A stretch of DNA of 49,721 nt from a virus (IMGVR_UViG_3300031452_000170:1-49721), one strand, 5' to 3'; counted from the stretch's first letter, positions 1 through 9,251 are shown. Notes: generated by a model not told the origin, from the letters alone. Translations and numbers: made by a program.

Positions 1-1182
1 TCACCGCGCCATCCCCAGCTGCAGCTGCCCGTTGGCGGCCTCCCGGGCCCGGCGGATCGCGGCACCGGCCGGCACCCGTGGCTGGCCCTTCATCTCGCTC
101 ATCACGCCGGCGTAGTGGCGGGCGAGGGTAGCCACGGAGTGGCCGGCCTGCTCGGCGACGTACACGAGGTCCTCACCGGACCACAGCAGCAGGCTGACGA
201 AGCTGCCGCGGAGGCGGTAGGGGCGCAGGTCGCCGGTGACCCCGGCTGCGATCGCGGCGGGCTGGTAGACCCGCCGGCGCCAGTTCGCCCAGTCCGAGCG
301 GGTCCACTCCCCGCCGGTGGGGCGCGGCAGGATCAGCTGATCGCCGGCGGGACGCCCGCACGCCATCCGCCACTCGGCGAGGTCCTGGGCCAGCGGGTGG
401 AGCAGGTCGACGTCGCGGGCGCGGCCAGTCTTGGAGGCCAGAACGTGCAGGGTGCGCTCTGAGAGGTCATCCCAGCGGGCGGTGCGATCCTCGACCGGGC
501 GCAGGCCGGCGTAGGCGAGGATGGAGACGATCAGGGCGTTGCGCTGGCGCTCGGCCGGGGTGCCGACCGGGGACTCGTAGCCGCGCTGGGGGCGCTTGCC
601 GGCCGCGGTGGCGGGCACCGTGCGGGTGCGCTGGGAGCGCATGATCCACCGGATCCGCTCCACCGTGGCCGGGGACAGGGGCTGGCGGTGGGCGGCTGGC
701 GGGGCCTTGGGCATCTGCACCATGCTCACCGGGTTGGCGGGAATCAGGCCGCGGACGACGGCGCGCTTGAGGATCCCGGAGAGCAGCAGCAGCGCCTTGC
801 GCTGGGAGGCGGGGGCGAGGCCGTGATGGGCGAGCTGGTCGCGGAGGTCCTCGACGAGCATCGGGGTGATCTCCCGCAGCTGATAGCCGCCGACGCGGGG
901 GAGCAGGTCGTGGCCCCACGCGTCGAGGTAGCGCCGGCGGGTCTCCGGGGCGAGGTTGGGGATGGCGTAGCGCGGCCACCACTCCTGCTCCATGAAGTCG
1001 GCCAGGGTGACCCGGGACATGATCACCCCGGAGGCTAGGGGTCCGAGCTGCTTGCGGCGCTCGATGTCGCGCTCGAAGGTGTCGGCGTCGCCCTTGCGGG
1101 TGAAGGTGCGCGAGCGCTGGCGGCCGCCCTCGCGCCACTTGACCTGGTAGCCCGCACGGTCGATGCGCTTGTGGATGCTCAT
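1..1182 (-). CDS. int: Phage integrase, tyrosine recombinase family
   Basis: N-terminal arm-binding-like segment, core-binding region, catalytic motifs [16 protein letters not shown]...RHY. Confidence 0.93.
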   Translation of the reverse strand: MSIHKRIDRAGYQVKWREGGRQRSRTFTRKGDADTFERDIERRKQLGPLASGVIMSRVTLADFMEQEWWPRYAIPNLAPETRRRYLDAWGHDLLPRVGGYQLREITPMLVEDLRDQLAHHGLAPASQRKALLLLSGILKRAVVRGLIPANPVSMVQMPKAPPAAHRQPLSPATVERIRWIMRSQRTRTVPATAAGKRPQRGYESPVGTPAERQRNALIVSILAYAGLRPVEDRTARWDDLSERTLHVLASKTGRARDVDLLHPLAQDLAEWRMACGRPAGDQLILPRPTGGEWTRSDWANWRRRVYQPAAIAAGVTGDLRPYRLRGSFVSLLLWSGEDLVYVAEQAGHSVATLARHYAGVMSEMKGQPRVPAGAAIRRAREAANGQLQLGMAR

Positions 1183-1185
1183 CGT

Positions 1186-1207
1186 AGGGCGGAATCTAGC
1201 ACGCTAG
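1186..1207 (-). promoter_or_regulatory. Putative integrase promoter (extended -10 TGc-TAGATT) overlapped by palindrome CTAGC-AC-GCTAG
   Basis: Minus-strand TAGATT at 1198-1193, 10 nt before the ATG at 1182; palindrome at 1196-1207. Confidence 0.5.
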
Positions 1208-2076
1208 ACGGCAGAGGGGGCCGCTTCCAACAGCTCGATGAGCTTGTCCGCCGAGGCAGCAACGAACGCCTCCCGCGCCTCCCGCGCCTCCCGCGCCGCC
1301 CGCGCCTCCCACGCCGCCCGCGCCTCCCACGCCGCCCACGCCGCCCACGCCTCCCGCGCCTCCCGCGCCTCCCACGCCTCCCGCGCCTCCCGCGCCTCCC
1401 GCGCCTCCCGCGCCTCCCGCGCCGCCCGCGCCGCCCGCGCCGCCCGCGCCGCCCGCGCCGCCCGCGCCGCCCGCGCCTCCCACGCCTCCCGCGCCTCCCA
1501 CGCCGCCCACGCCTCCCACGCCGCCCGCGCCGCCCGCGCCTCCCGCGCCTCCCACGCCTCCCACGCCGCCCACGCCGCCCGGCTGATCTCAGCCGCTTCC
1601 GCGTCCGAGATCAGCTCGCCGGCGGCGATTCGGCCATAGGCGTCGGCGACCGTGAGGCAGACGGCCTTGACGTCCTCGGCCTCGGTGATGTTCACGAGCC
1701 CCCACGACTCGTCGACCATCAGCCATGCGGCGAACTGCGGCCAGACCCGTGTCAGGTCGGCGCCGACCGCAATCGCGGCCATGAACCGAGCCGGCCATTC
1801 TTTGGCCTGATCGAGCGGCAGCGACTCGAAGATGCCGTCCTCGAGGTGCGCAAGCTGGGCTGGGATCCCGAACTCGCTCTCGTAGCGGATGTGGCCGCCG
1901 TCGGGGTCGTGCAGCACGCAGCCCACAGCGCATACCCGCACCTCGCCGTTGTGCTTGTAGTAGGTGCCCTGCAAGATCTCCTCGGCGGCGCGGTGCGCGG
2001 CGATCTGAGCGAGGATGCGTGCCTTGAGGTCAGGGTCGCCGTGGTAGGCGACGAGCTTGGCGGTGGCTGTGGTCAT
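1204..2076 (-). CDS. Hypothetical phage protein with (R/W)(E/A)A tripeptide repeat tract
   Basis: Globular N-terminus ([13 protein letters not shown]) followed by 35 tripeptide repeats. Confidence 0.8.
   Translation of the reverse strand: MTTATAKLVAYHGDPDLKARILAQIAAHRAAEEILQGTYYKHNGEVRVCAVGCVLHDPDGGHIRYESEFGIPAQLAHLEDGIFESLPLDQAKEWPARFMAAIAVGADLTRVWPQFAAWLMVDESWGLVNITEAEDVKAVCLTVADAYGRIAAGELISDAEAAEISRAAWAAWEAWEAREARAARAAWEAWAAWEAREAWEARAARAARAARAARAARAAREAREAREAREAREAWEAREAREAWAAWAAWEARAAWEARAAREAREAREAFVAASADKLIELLEAAPSAV
1267..1581. repeat. Tandem array of 35 x 9-bp units, minus-strand consensus YGG GMG GCG
   Basis: Only four unit types: cgcctcccg, cgccgcccg, cgcctccca, cgccgccca; 315 bp. 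Confidence 0.95.
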
Positions 2077-2318
2077 CGGCTAAGACTCCTTCCGGGAGGG
2101 GTGCGGAACAGGTGCGGCTGGGGAGCGAGGATCGGCCTGGCTTCGGGGGCGAGCCGCAGGTGCCGGGCCTTGGTGGAGCGCCTGCGGCAACGTGGGCAGC
2201 GACAGGGGCGACAGCCGCAGTCGCCTGGGCCGCACGCCTGGGCGCAGTGTTGTGCCGGGCAGAAGGACGTGACCCGCGGCGGGTCAAGCAGGCGGGGTTG
2301 AGCCGCCGCGGTCCTCAC
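2073..2318 (-). CDS. Small Cys-rich hypothetical protein
   Basis: Fills the gap with 4-bp stop/start overlaps at both ends; Cys cluster. Confidence 0.4.
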   Translation of the reverse strand: MRTAAAQPRLLDPPRVTSFCPAQHCAQACGPGDCGCRPCRCPRCRRRSTKARHLRLAPEARPILAPQPHLFRTPPGRSLSR

Positions 2319-2584
2319 CGGAGAACCTTGGCTACCCGGTCATACACGGCGACGGCGCACGGCTCACACATCGCGCTGCCCTTGGTGGCGAGCGCCTTGG
2401 CACCGCCCAGCTTGCCGGTTATCGGCCGCACCGCCAACTGGACGCGGACCGTGGCCGGCTTGGCGCACCGCGAGCAGCCCTTCGAGGCCAGCCCCGCACC
2501 GCCGAGATACTCGGCGAACGTCGGCGGGGTGGCCGCCTCCCCAGCCGACCCAAGCTCTCTCTCTCTCTCGTTTGGTGCGCTCAT
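2315..2584 (-). CDS. Hypothetical protein, CxxC...CxxC zinc finger
   Basis: CSRC and CEPC pairs; AAGGA RBS upstream. Confidence 0.7.
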   Translation of the reverse strand: MSAPNERERELGSAGEAATPPTFAEYLGGAGLASKGCSRCAKPATVRVQLAVRPITGKLGGAKALATKGSAMCEPCAVAVYDRVAKVLR

Positions 2585-2597
2585 CGGCTCGGTCCTT

Positions 2598-2924
2598 TCA
2601 TCGGGTCAGTTCTCGTTCCATGTCGCGCAGCGAAGCCACCGACCCCGGGGCCGGACGCCGCGGCCGTGACGGGCCGCCACGGTGCTCATACGGGGTGGTG
2701 GCGGTGTGGCCCTCGATCCAGGCGCGGACGTCCTCCTCGCGCAGCAGCACCCGCGTGGTGGGCTTGAACGCGCGCAGGGCCCCGGAGGTAAACGCGCGAC
2801 GAATCGTCTTGGGGTTGCAGCGAGCCAGCCGGGCGGCCTCCTCCACGGTCAGATACCCGCTGGCGGGGGTCTGGTCGCGGAGGCGCTCGCGGGCAGCGTC
2901 GAGGCTTGAGGCGATCTCGGTCAT
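2598..2924 (-). CDS. Excisionase-like helix-turn-helix DNA-binding protein
   Basis: YLTVEEAARLARCNPKTIRRAFTSGALRA...EDVRAWI is the excisionase/HTH_17 pattern; lies upstream of int. Confidence 0.85.
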   Translation of the reverse strand: MTEIASSLDAARERLRDQTPASGYLTVEEAARLARCNPKTIRRAFTSGALRAFKPTTRVLLREEDVRAWIEGHTATTPYEHRGGPSRPRRPAPGSVASLRDMERELTR

Positions 2925-3184
2925 ACGGCGTGGGAAGGGGCAAGCATCGTGGCGGCGATCCGCTCCCGGGCGGTACGGAGCGCCAGGGCGTGCGAGAGGA
3001 CCTCTTGCAGCTTCTCGGCGCCCTCGCGGAACTCGGAGGGGTGTAGAACGGAGCCCACCGCAAGGGCGCGTTCCGCCGTCTTGATGAGCAGGTCAAGCTC
3101 GGCCCCGACCTCGGGGTCGAGCAACAGCCCCGAGATCATCCCGACCGTCCCCTGAGCCTCGATGTACCTCTCGGCGGCAGTCAT
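2921..3184 (-). CDS. Hypothetical protein
   Basis: ATG 3184 (MTAAERY); stop overlaps the excisionase start. Confidence 0.6.
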   Translation of the reverse strand: MTAAERYIEAQGTVGMISGLLLDPEVGAELDLLIKTAERALAVGSVLHPSEFREGAEKLQEVLSHALALRTARERIAATMLAPSHAV

Positions 3185-3288
3185 GGTCGGCCCCCCAGCC
3201 CGCGCAGCCACCAGCGCAGCACCCACAGCGCCAGCCAGACGCGGGCTCGCAAGATGAGCTGGCGCACGCTCACGGCTTTGACCGCCCA

Positions 3289-3555
3289 TCAGTACTGGAC
3301 CTTTGCGGTGGGGGCGCGCTCGGTGCTCTCGACCACACCGAACTTGTTCCGCTTGTCCTTGAAGGCGACCGCCGCGACGTGACCGTCACCCTCAGCAAGG
3401 ATCTGACCGTCCGCGTCGATGATCCGGATGCCGATGGTCTCCCCCTTGCGCAGCTCGCGGCCGAGCGCGAGGCCGCCGCTGATCTTCAGCGACGCGACGT
3501 TCGGCCTCTCGCCACCGACCTCGAAGCTGAGCTGGGTCATCTCATGCTCGTCCAC
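3289..3555 (-). CDS. Hypothetical protein
   Basis: GGAGG RBS, GC3-rich codons, beta-rich 88 aa. Confidence 0.7.
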   Translation of the reverse strand: MDEHEMTQLSFEVGGERPNVASLKISGGLALGRELRKGETIGIRIIDADGQILAEGDGHVAAVAFKDKRNKFGVVESTERAPTAKVQY

Positions 3556-3862
3556 TGGATTCCTCCTGGTTGGGTTGCCTGAATTGCCGCAGCGCGTCCC
3601 GTAGCGCCCAGGCGATCACCCGGGCCTGCTCGGCGTAATCGCGGCTGTACTCAAGGCGCCACAGCACCGCCTCGAGCATCTCCGCGAGCGGATCCTCACA
3701 CCACGACGGGTCCGCGGGCGCGGTCGCCTCGGTGAGCGCGACCGTGACCATCTCGCCCTTGCACACGTGGCAGGCCAGCTCCATCACCCGGTCGGGCCGG
3801 TGGCGGCGTGGCTTGGCCTCGTAGCCGCAGGCGGGGCAGCGGCGGAGCTCCCAGACGCTCAT
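3542..3862 (-). CDS. Zinc-ribbon hypothetical protein
   Basis: CPAC...CHVC; coupled by ATGA overlap. Confidence 0.65.
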   Translation of the reverse strand: MSVWELRRCPACGYEAKPRRHRPDRVMELACHVCKGEMVTVALTEATAPADPSWCEDPLAEMLEAVLWRLEYSRDYAEQARVIAWALRDALRQFRQPNQEESSGRA

Positions 3863-4014
3863 CGGGTCGCGGCGACGTCGATGGTGAAGCGGAAGCGGCG
3901 ATCAAGCTCGGCGAAGTACTCCGGCGGGGTGGCGCGCTCATCGACGTGGGCCTTTGCCCCGTGTACGAGCACCTGCTGCGGGTGGTTCTGACCCTTGAAG
4001 CGGACGAGCGTCAC
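3859..4014 (-). pseudogene. N-terminal fragment (51 aa) of a phage DNA N6-adenine methyltransferase (Dam-like)
   Basis: DERATPPEYFAELDRRFRFTIDVAA matches the W/R-xTP...F..L...F.FTLD.AA start of phage Dam enzymes; stops before the NPPY motif. Confidence 0.65.
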
Positions 4015-4868
4015 CCACCCACCCCTTCCCCAGCCGCAGTGCAGGGCACGTAGAGCACGGGCCGCTGGGTGACCTCTTCGAGCAGCGTGCCCCACTGCTT
4101 CCTGACCCGGCTGAGCGCATGCGGCGCCAATGCCAGCTCCAGCGCGTCCCCGGCGTGATGCAGGTGAGCGCCGAAGGTCCACATCTCCCACTCCCCCCAC
4201 TCCCCCCAATCCCTCACATGCCCTCGCAGCCGGCCGCAGAGGGCCCGCCACGCCTCGTGCAGGGCCGCCGGGTCCGTCTCCGCGCTGACTGCCGCACTAT
4301 CCAGGGGGCACGGCACGGAGGACGGCAGAGCCATACGGCGTCTGCGCTCTCGCCTTCTACGTGCCGGTGCCACACGCTGCCCAGGGGCCGTGAGGGGCGT
4401 TGGTCCGGGTTGCTGTTCCTGCCTTGAAGATGTAAGTCCGGTACTCCCCCCTTGGGGGGCAGGGGGGGTGGGGTTAACGGTTCTAGTGGTTCCTTCCCCG
4501 CGCCCGCGAGTCGAACGTTCGTTTTCACGGGTGACACGTTCGGCTTGCGGGCTCGAAGGTGCCAGGGGTGGGACGTTCGCCTCGAACAGCGGCAGCTGCG
4601 GGGCGCGCACCGGGTCGATCAGATAGACGCGGCGGGGGCCGCCCGGCACCCGGGGCTGGCGCTGGATCTCGCGGGCGCCTTCGAGCGACTTCAGCGCCCG
4701 GTAGAGCTGGCTGCGTGAGACCTTCGCCCATCCCACCAGCGCCTCGTCAGACGGCCACGCCAAGTTGCTCTGACGCTCGGCGTAGAACGCCAGGGCCATC
4801 GCCACGATCCGCGCGGGATGCTCAGCCTGCGAGTGCTTGGCCATCGCCTGCATCGCCTCCAAGCTCAC
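4011..4868 (-). CDS. Putative replication initiator: N-terminal winged HTH, C-terminal DnaA-domain-I-like region
   Basis: AWPSDEALVGWAKVSRSQLYRALKSLE (HTH_36-like); C-terminus W...L...WEMW...LELA...W..LLEE; GTGA overlaps at both ends. Confidence 0.7.
   Translation of the reverse strand: MSLEAMQAMAKHSQAEHPARIVAMALAFYAERQSNLAWPSDEALVGWAKVSRSQLYRALKSLEGAREIQRQPRVPGGPRRVYLIDPVRAPQLPLFEANVPPLAPSSPQAERVTRENERSTRGRGEGTTRTVNPTPPAPQGGSTGLTSSRQEQQPGPTPLTAPGQRVAPARRRRERRRRMALPSSVPCPLDSAAVSAETDPAALHEAWRALCGRLRGHVRDWGEWGEWEMWTFGAHLHHAGDALELALAPHALSRVRKQWGTLLEEVTQRPVLYVPCTAAGEGVGG
4022..4040. repeat. 19-bp dispersed repeat ccccttccccagccgcagt (second copy 5230-5248; 15-bp copy 10391-10405)
   Basis: Exact match seen by eye, same orientation. 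Confidence 0.85.
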
Positions 4869-5326
4869 CCGGTGCTCTCCGGCACTGCGGGCTTTCGAGG
4901 GGAGAGGTGGACGCCAGCAGCGACTACGTGCAGCGTGCAGTGGTCCAAGTCCCATTCCGGCTCAACGACCAAGTCCAGTCGGCCCCACAATATGTCGGAG
5001 CCCTCGTTGTCGAACCACCCCTGCACCCAGCACTCCCGATGCGAGGCCGGGATCGGCGGCTTGCAGTCGTAGCAGGGCGTCGTCTCCTCATCGTCAAAGG
5101 CTCGCCCACAGAGACCGCACATCTCAGCGGTGTCGCAGCCTCCTTCGGGATGAATGAGCTTCCGTGCCCATAGCCCGTTGTCGAGATCGACGACCACGCG
5201 GTGTCGATCGTTGACGCTCCGGCTTTCAGCCCCTTCCCCAGCCGCAGTATTTCCGCGGGCCTCAGCCGGTAAGCTCTGCATCGCTCTCGAACTCCTGTTC
5301 GCCTCGCGTCCCCTCTGGCCTCGCAA
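4865..5326 (-). CDS. Cys-rich hypothetical protein (start uncertain)
   Basis: CGLCG, CYDC; stop overlaps the replication-gene start. Confidence 0.55.
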   Translation of the reverse strand: MRGQRGREANRSSRAMQSLPAEARGNTAAGEGAESRSVNDRHRVVVDLDNGLWARKLIHPEGGCDTAEMCGLCGRAFDDEETTPCYDCKPPIPASHRECWVQGWFDNEGSDILWGRLDLVVEPEWDLDHCTLHVVAAGVHLSPRKPAVPESTG

Positions 5327-5485
5327 GCACGGGGGGCGCTGTGGTTAAGGGGGTAGGCACCCGGCACCGAACCCACGGATGGTCGGCCCGGCGTTGATAG
5401 CCGAGCTGCGTCATGGCGGTGCGCTCGTCGAGCTCGGGGTGTTCGGCCGGGCCGTGCAGCAGCCGGCCGGGGCGGGAGGGCGCGG

Positions 5486-5716
5486 TCACGGCCGACGCTC
5501 CTGACGCAGGTGGCTGACTGGCGACGCTCGCCGAGTCCTGCGCTCGTGGTGGGGCTCGACGGCTCCGAGCTGGGCGATCCGCTTCAGCTCAGCTGGCATC
5601 TCCCGGCTGGGCGCCTCGTGGAAGTAGAGCACCAGGGCGAAGATGAGCAGCCCCAGCGACACTGTGCCGGCGACGATCAGCGTCCAGTAGAACAGCGAGG
5701 CCAGCAGGTCGATCAT
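5486..5716 (-). CDS. Small membrane protein
   Basis: MIDLLASLFYWTLIVAGTVSLGLLIFALVLYF hydrophobic segment; ATGA overlap with cro. Confidence 0.65.
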   Translation of the reverse strand: MIDLLASLFYWTLIVAGTVSLGLLIFALVLYFHEAPSREMPAELKRIAQLGAVEPHHERRTRRASPVSHLRQERRP

Positions 5717-5949
5717 GCCGGCGCCGCGTCGTGGTCGGCGTAGAACCACGAGGGGTCCCGGTCCAGAGCCCTGGCGATCAGCACGAGCCGCGGCCAGCGG
5801 GGCAGCACGCGTCCGCCGCACCACGCCTGAACGACTCGCAGGCCCACGTCGATCTCCCGCGCCAGGGCCTCCTGGGTCATGCCCGCTTCCTTGAGCGCGA
5901 ACTTCAGATTTGCCGCGACCGGGGCCGCACGATTGCTGCGTGCTTGCAT
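5713..5949 (-). CDS. Cro-like XRE-family HTH regulator
   Basis: LKFALKEAGMTQEALAREIDVGLRVVQAWCGG; divergent from the repressor. Confidence 0.85.
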   Translation of the reverse strand: MQARSNRAAPVAANLKFALKEAGMTQEALAREIDVGLRVVQAWCGGRVLPRWPRLVLIARALDRDPSWFYADHDAAPA

Positions 5950-5961
5950 ACGCGCACCGTA

Positions 5962-5981
5962 CCACGTACTTTCCACGTACT
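5962..5981. promoter_or_regulatory. Direct repeat CCACGTACT x2 in the cro/cI intergenic region; candidate operator
   Basis: Copies at 5962-5970 and 5973-5981, 11-bp period. Confidence 0.5.
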
Positions 5982-5983
5982 AA

Positions 5984-6418
5984 ATGCACGCGCACAAAAG
6001 AACCGCGCAAATTGCGGCGACGAATTCAGCGTCTGTTCGTAGGGTGCTGCTGGAGGTGGCGCGACGGCGACAGGAAGAGGCTCGGCGTATCGGCGTTCGC
6101 ATCGCCGAGCTGCGCGAGCGCCATCACCTCACCCAGGCGGTCGCGGCCCTGCGGCTGGGAGTCGCCTACCGCACCTACCAGACGTGGGAGGCCGGGGACG
6201 CCACCCCGCGCTGGCACAACTTCGAGAAGATCGCCAAGCTCTACGGCGTCAGCGTCGACGAGATCCTGGGCAACCCACCGTCGCCCTCATCGCCGAGTCA
6301 GCTGGACCGCCTGGAGAAGCGCCTCGCGAAGATCGAGCGGGACATCACCCGGCAGGGCAGCGCCGTCGAGAGGCTGCTGAGCGCTGCCGCTGGGCGCTCG
6401 GATCTGGACAGCAACTAG
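5984..6418 (+). CDS. CI-like immunity repressor, XRE-family HTH with C-terminal coiled coil
   Basis: IAELRERHHLTQAVAALRLGVAYRTYQTWEAG...YGVSVDEIL; start may be the GTG at 6044. Confidence 0.85.
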   Translation: MHAHKRTAQIAATNSASVRRVLLEVARRRQEEARRIGVRIAELRERHHLTQAVAALRLGVAYRTYQTWEAGDATPRWHNFEKIAKLYGVSVDEILGNPPSPSSPSQLDRLEKRLAKIERDITRQGSAVERLLSAAAGRSDLDSN

Positions 6419-6774
6419 CCCACCCGGTAGTAGCGCAGCAGGTACTCGGCCGCCCGGTCCTCCCCGTAGAGCTGCACCGCGAAGGCGAGGTTCTCGGCGT
6501 TCAGGGCGGAGATCGGCAGGCGCCGGGTGGCGTGATGGTGGGCTCGGTGGCAACCACAGCGCCCACCGGCGCCGAGCGTCAGCGCGTTGCGCAGGTCCCA
6601 GACCGGGCCGCCGAGGGCGCGGACGTGCTGGGCGAGGATCACGTGGTGGCGCACCAGGCGGTCGGGGGCCCGGCAGACCGAGCACTCGCCCCACGTCGGG
6701 GCGTGCCATGTGCGGTAGCCCGGCTCGTCGGAGTGATCGGCCGGTGGGCGCGAACGAAGGGCTGAGCGCTTCAC
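6415..6774 (-). CDS. HNH-like endonuclease
   Basis: CSVC...RHHV...WDLRNALTL...CHRAHH; GTGA overlap. Confidence 0.7.
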   Translation of the reverse strand: MKRSALRSRPPADHSDEPGYRTWHAPTWGECSVCRAPDRLVRHHVILAQHVRALGGPVWDLRNALTLGAGGRCGCHRAHHHATRRLPISALNAENLAFAVQLYGEDRAAEYLLRYYRVG

Positions 6775-6965
6775 TTCAGGGTCCAGCCGTGGTCGCCGGC
6801 GCAGTGCGTGTGTGCATGGCCCTTGCGCTTGGGCAGCGCGACCCACCAGTTGCCGGGAGACAGCGGACCGCCGCAGAGCACGCAGATCTCCTCGTGTCTG
6901 GCCTCGACGATGCGCAGCGGCTTCTCGCGCGGCAACTGGAAAAGCTCGTAGGCGTCGAGCATCAC
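6771..6965 (-). CDS. Small zinc-binding hypothetical protein
   Basis: CVLC...HTHC; coupled overlaps. Confidence 0.6.
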   Translation of the reverse strand: MMLDAYELFQLPREKPLRIVEARHEEICVLCGGPLSPGNWWVALPKRKGHAHTHCAGDHGWTLK

Positions 6966-7138
6966 GGCCGCCCGGGCCCGGTCGACTGCGCCTCCGCGGC
7001 TTCGAGGACCATCCTGGCCAGCACCCGCGCTGACTCGCCGTCGTCGGGGGAGTGCAGCACGCTGAAGGCCAGCGCCACCATGACGGAGGTGATCTGCGGC
7101 GCCGGCTCCCGGCCATCCCTCCCCCTCGATAGCCGCAT
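6962..7138 (-). CDS. Small hypothetical protein (58 aa, not in ORF track)
   Basis: ATG directly after the upstream TAG; stop overlaps the next GTG. Confidence 0.45.
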   Translation of the reverse strand: MRLSRGRDGREPAPQITSVMVALAFSVLHSPDDGESARVLARMVLEAAEAQSTGPGRP

Positions 7139-7336
7139 CTAGAACAGCGTCCGGTCTTCGGTGCAGCGCTCGCAGTCGCAGTCGGGGTGGCCGAAGGGGC
7201 CGAGGAAGTCCCGCAGCGCCACCGCCGCGGCGGCCGGAGATAAAGAGGAGAGTTCCTCCAAACGCCGGTCGCTCATGCGCACCAGGTGCATCTCGCCCAT
7301 GGTCTCCTCGTCGTGGTCCTCCTGGAAGCAGCTCAT
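7139..7336 (-). CDS. Small hypothetical protein
   Basis: MSCFQEDHDEE...CDCERC; ATGA overlap. Confidence 0.55.
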   Translation of the reverse strand: MSCFQEDHDEETMGEMHLVRMSDRRLEELSSLSPAAAAVALRDFLGPFGHPDCDCERCTEDRTLF

Positions 7337-8148
7337 GCTCCGACCCTCAGAGGGCAGTCCGCGTACCGGCACGCCGAGCAGAACCAGGCGTGCGGGCTCG
7401 CCCCGGACCAGATCCCCGTCTCGCAGCGCCACTCGATCTCCCGCGCCAGTCCGAAGATCCGGTCGCTGAGTAGATCGAGCTGACGCTCGGAGCGTTCGGT
7501 CGGCACGACCTCGGCGGTCGGCAGCTTGGTGCGGACCATCGTGTCGAAGCGGAACCCGGCGGCCGGATTGCCCTCGGCGCGCCGCGCGGCGAGGAACACT
7601 GTCGGCTGGAGGTCCCCGTCGGCGTCCTTCTGGGACATCCGCTTGGCGCGCATCTTGTAGTCGCGCACCAGCCCGCCCGTGTCCTCGAGGTCCAGGAAGC
7701 CGGTCAGCACCCACTCGACGCCGGGCCAGCTCAGCTCGAACTCGCGCTCCACCGAGATGGGCACGATCGCGGGGGCGATGTCGCGGTGATAGATCGCGAG
7801 CGCCCGGGCGCCGGAGTCCTTCAGCGCCCCGGCCGTGTCGGTGCCGTAGTCGATCTCCTCGCGGCCGGTGCGCTCCTCGAACTCGGAGGCGAACTCGTCG
7901 AGGAGCGCCTCGGTGCAGAGCCCGTCCCCGGACTCCAGCTGGTGGCCGAAGTGCTGATTAAGCGCCGCCCCGGCTGATGAGCCGAGCACCATCTTGCCCG
8001 ACGGCGGCTCGGGCTCCTTGTCGATGTAGCGACGCCGCCACGCCTCCGGGCATCTCATCAGCAGCGACAGGCTGGAGAGGCTGAGGTAGTCGACCGGAAG
8101 GCTGACCGGCGGCTCAACGGTGACCCGGTCGATTGCGAGCGCGCTCAT
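7333..8148 (-). CDS. PD-(D/E)XK exonuclease (RecB/AddB/Cas4-like, four-Cys)
   Basis: SLSSL...CP, VERE, GFLDL, DYK, Q...F, CSACRYADCP; adjacent to an ERF annealase. Confidence 0.88.
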   Translation of the reverse strand: MSALAIDRVTVEPPVSLPVDYLSLSSLSLLMRCPEAWRRRYIDKEPEPPSGKMVLGSSAGAALNQHFGHQLESGDGLCTEALLDEFASEFEERTGREEIDYGTDTAGALKDSGARALAIYHRDIAPAIVPISVEREFELSWPGVEWVLTGFLDLEDTGGLVRDYKMRAKRMSQKDADGDLQPTVFLAARRAEGNPAAGFRFDTMVRTKLPTAEVVPTERSERQLDLLSDRIFGLAREIEWRCETGIWSGASPHAWFCSACRYADCPLRVGA

Positions 8149-8960
8149 GCTCCTCCCTCCCCAGCGCCGTTGCTCTCGGCGATCCCGGCGAGCACGGCAT
8201 CCACCAGCTTCGCGGGTAGTCGGTCGAGCGCCCGTCCGGCCCAGCGTTCCGCCGCCGCCGGGTCGGCCCAGGTGATCGGGTCCGCGCCGCCGGCCTGCTT
8301 GAGCACGTTGGCCAGGTCACCCGGTTCGAGCTTCGCCTCGCGGGCCCGGACCTCGATCAGGCTGCGCTGCTTGGCGGTGGCGGGACGCTCTGAGGGTGCG
8401 GCGGGGCGAGCGCTCGGCTGGGTGCGGCGGGGAGGATCGTGCTCCGGGCTGTCGATCGGAGGTATGACCGGCGGCGGGTCGTACGCCTTAGCACTGGAGG
8501 CGTGGGCGCCGTCGTCGTCGTCACCGGTGGTCAGGTTGAGCACCGCCACGAGCGCGTACCGCCGGGCGTAGGTGAGCGCGGAGCCCTGGCCCTGCGGGTC
8601 GGCCTTGACGCACATCAGCGCCATCACGTCCTCCTCGGCCTCGCCGGAGGGCAGGTGCGTGATCCGGTAGCGCAGGGCGGGCTGGCCGTGCTCGTCGCTG
8701 GTCGGGAACGTCGTCCAGGCCAGCTCATGCTTGACCAGCAGCGGCAGCACCGCGTCCACCACCGCGTCGAGGGTGACGTAGCGGTAGGTACGCCCGCCGG
8801 CCTGGCCGTCGGCGTTGGGCCCGAGCTTCGGAGCGTCGGCCTGAACGGCCAGGATCGCCGCCATGAGCGGTGAGCCCTTCTGCGGCTGCGTCTCTGGTGG
8901 GGCCGGGACTACGCGCGGCGCCCGCACCCGGCCGTTGGTCTTGGGGGCGGTGGCGCTCAT
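8145..8960 (-). CDS. ERF-family single-strand annealing protein
   Basis: YRYVTLD and QGQGSALTYARRYAL...DDDDG ERF signature. Confidence 0.9.
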   Translation of the reverse strand: MSATAPKTNGRVRAPRVVPAPPETQPQKGSPLMAAILAVQADAPKLGPNADGQAGGRTYRYVTLDAVVDAVLPLLVKHELAWTTFPTSDEHGQPALRYRITHLPSGEAEEDVMALMCVKADPQGQGSALTYARRYALVAVLNLTTGDDDDGAHASSAKAYDPPPVIPPIDSPEHDPPRRTQPSARPAAPSERPATAKQRSLIEVRAREAKLEPGDLANVLKQAGGADPITWADPAAAERWAGRALDRLPAKLVDAVLAGIAESNGAGEGGA

Positions 8961-9172
8961 GAGGCCACCGCAAGCGGGGCGAACGCCGCCAGGTGGCGGT
9001 CTACGTGGGCTCGGGCGCGGTCCTGGCCGGCATACCAGCAGGAGCCCTTCCAGCCGCACGAGCACTCGAAGCGGTGCAGGTTGTGCGAGGGGACCTGCTG
9101 GCCCTCGTCGGTGATGTAGGCATGACCGACCTTGACGTGCAGCGTCGGTTCATGGATGGTGAGCGTGCTCAT
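8957..9172 (-). CDS. Small hypothetical protein (CSCGW...H zinc motif)
   Basis: AAAGGAG RBS; first gene of the recombination operon. Confidence 0.7.
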   Translation of the reverse strand: MSTLTIHEPTLHVKVGHAYITDEGQQVPSHNLHRFECSCGWKGSCWYAGQDRARAHVDRHLAAFAPLAVAS

Positions 9173-9198
9173 GGGAGGACTGATCTCCTTTGGGCCAT

Positions 9199-9238
9199 GA
9201 CCCGGGGGCGGTTACAGCCGTCGCCCGGGTCGCTTTTT
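9199..9238 (+). terminator. GC-rich hairpin with T-tract on the plus strand, lying in the leader of the minus-strand operon
   Basis: GACCCGGG-GGCGG...CCGTC-G-CCCGGGTC followed by gcttttt. Confidence 0.6.
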
Positions 9239-9251
9239 GGTTGGTCTCTAC

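Noticed and set aside
1-60. attL/attR core repeat
   Set aside because: The window begins at the integrase stop codon and no matching repeat was found at the right end
1267-1581. CRISPR array or DGR variable region
   Set aside because: Contiguous 9-bp coding units without spacers; no reverse transcriptase or template repeat in the window
7333-8148. CRISPR-associated Cas4
   Set aside because: No cas genes or array; adjacency to ERF indicates a phage recombination exonuclease
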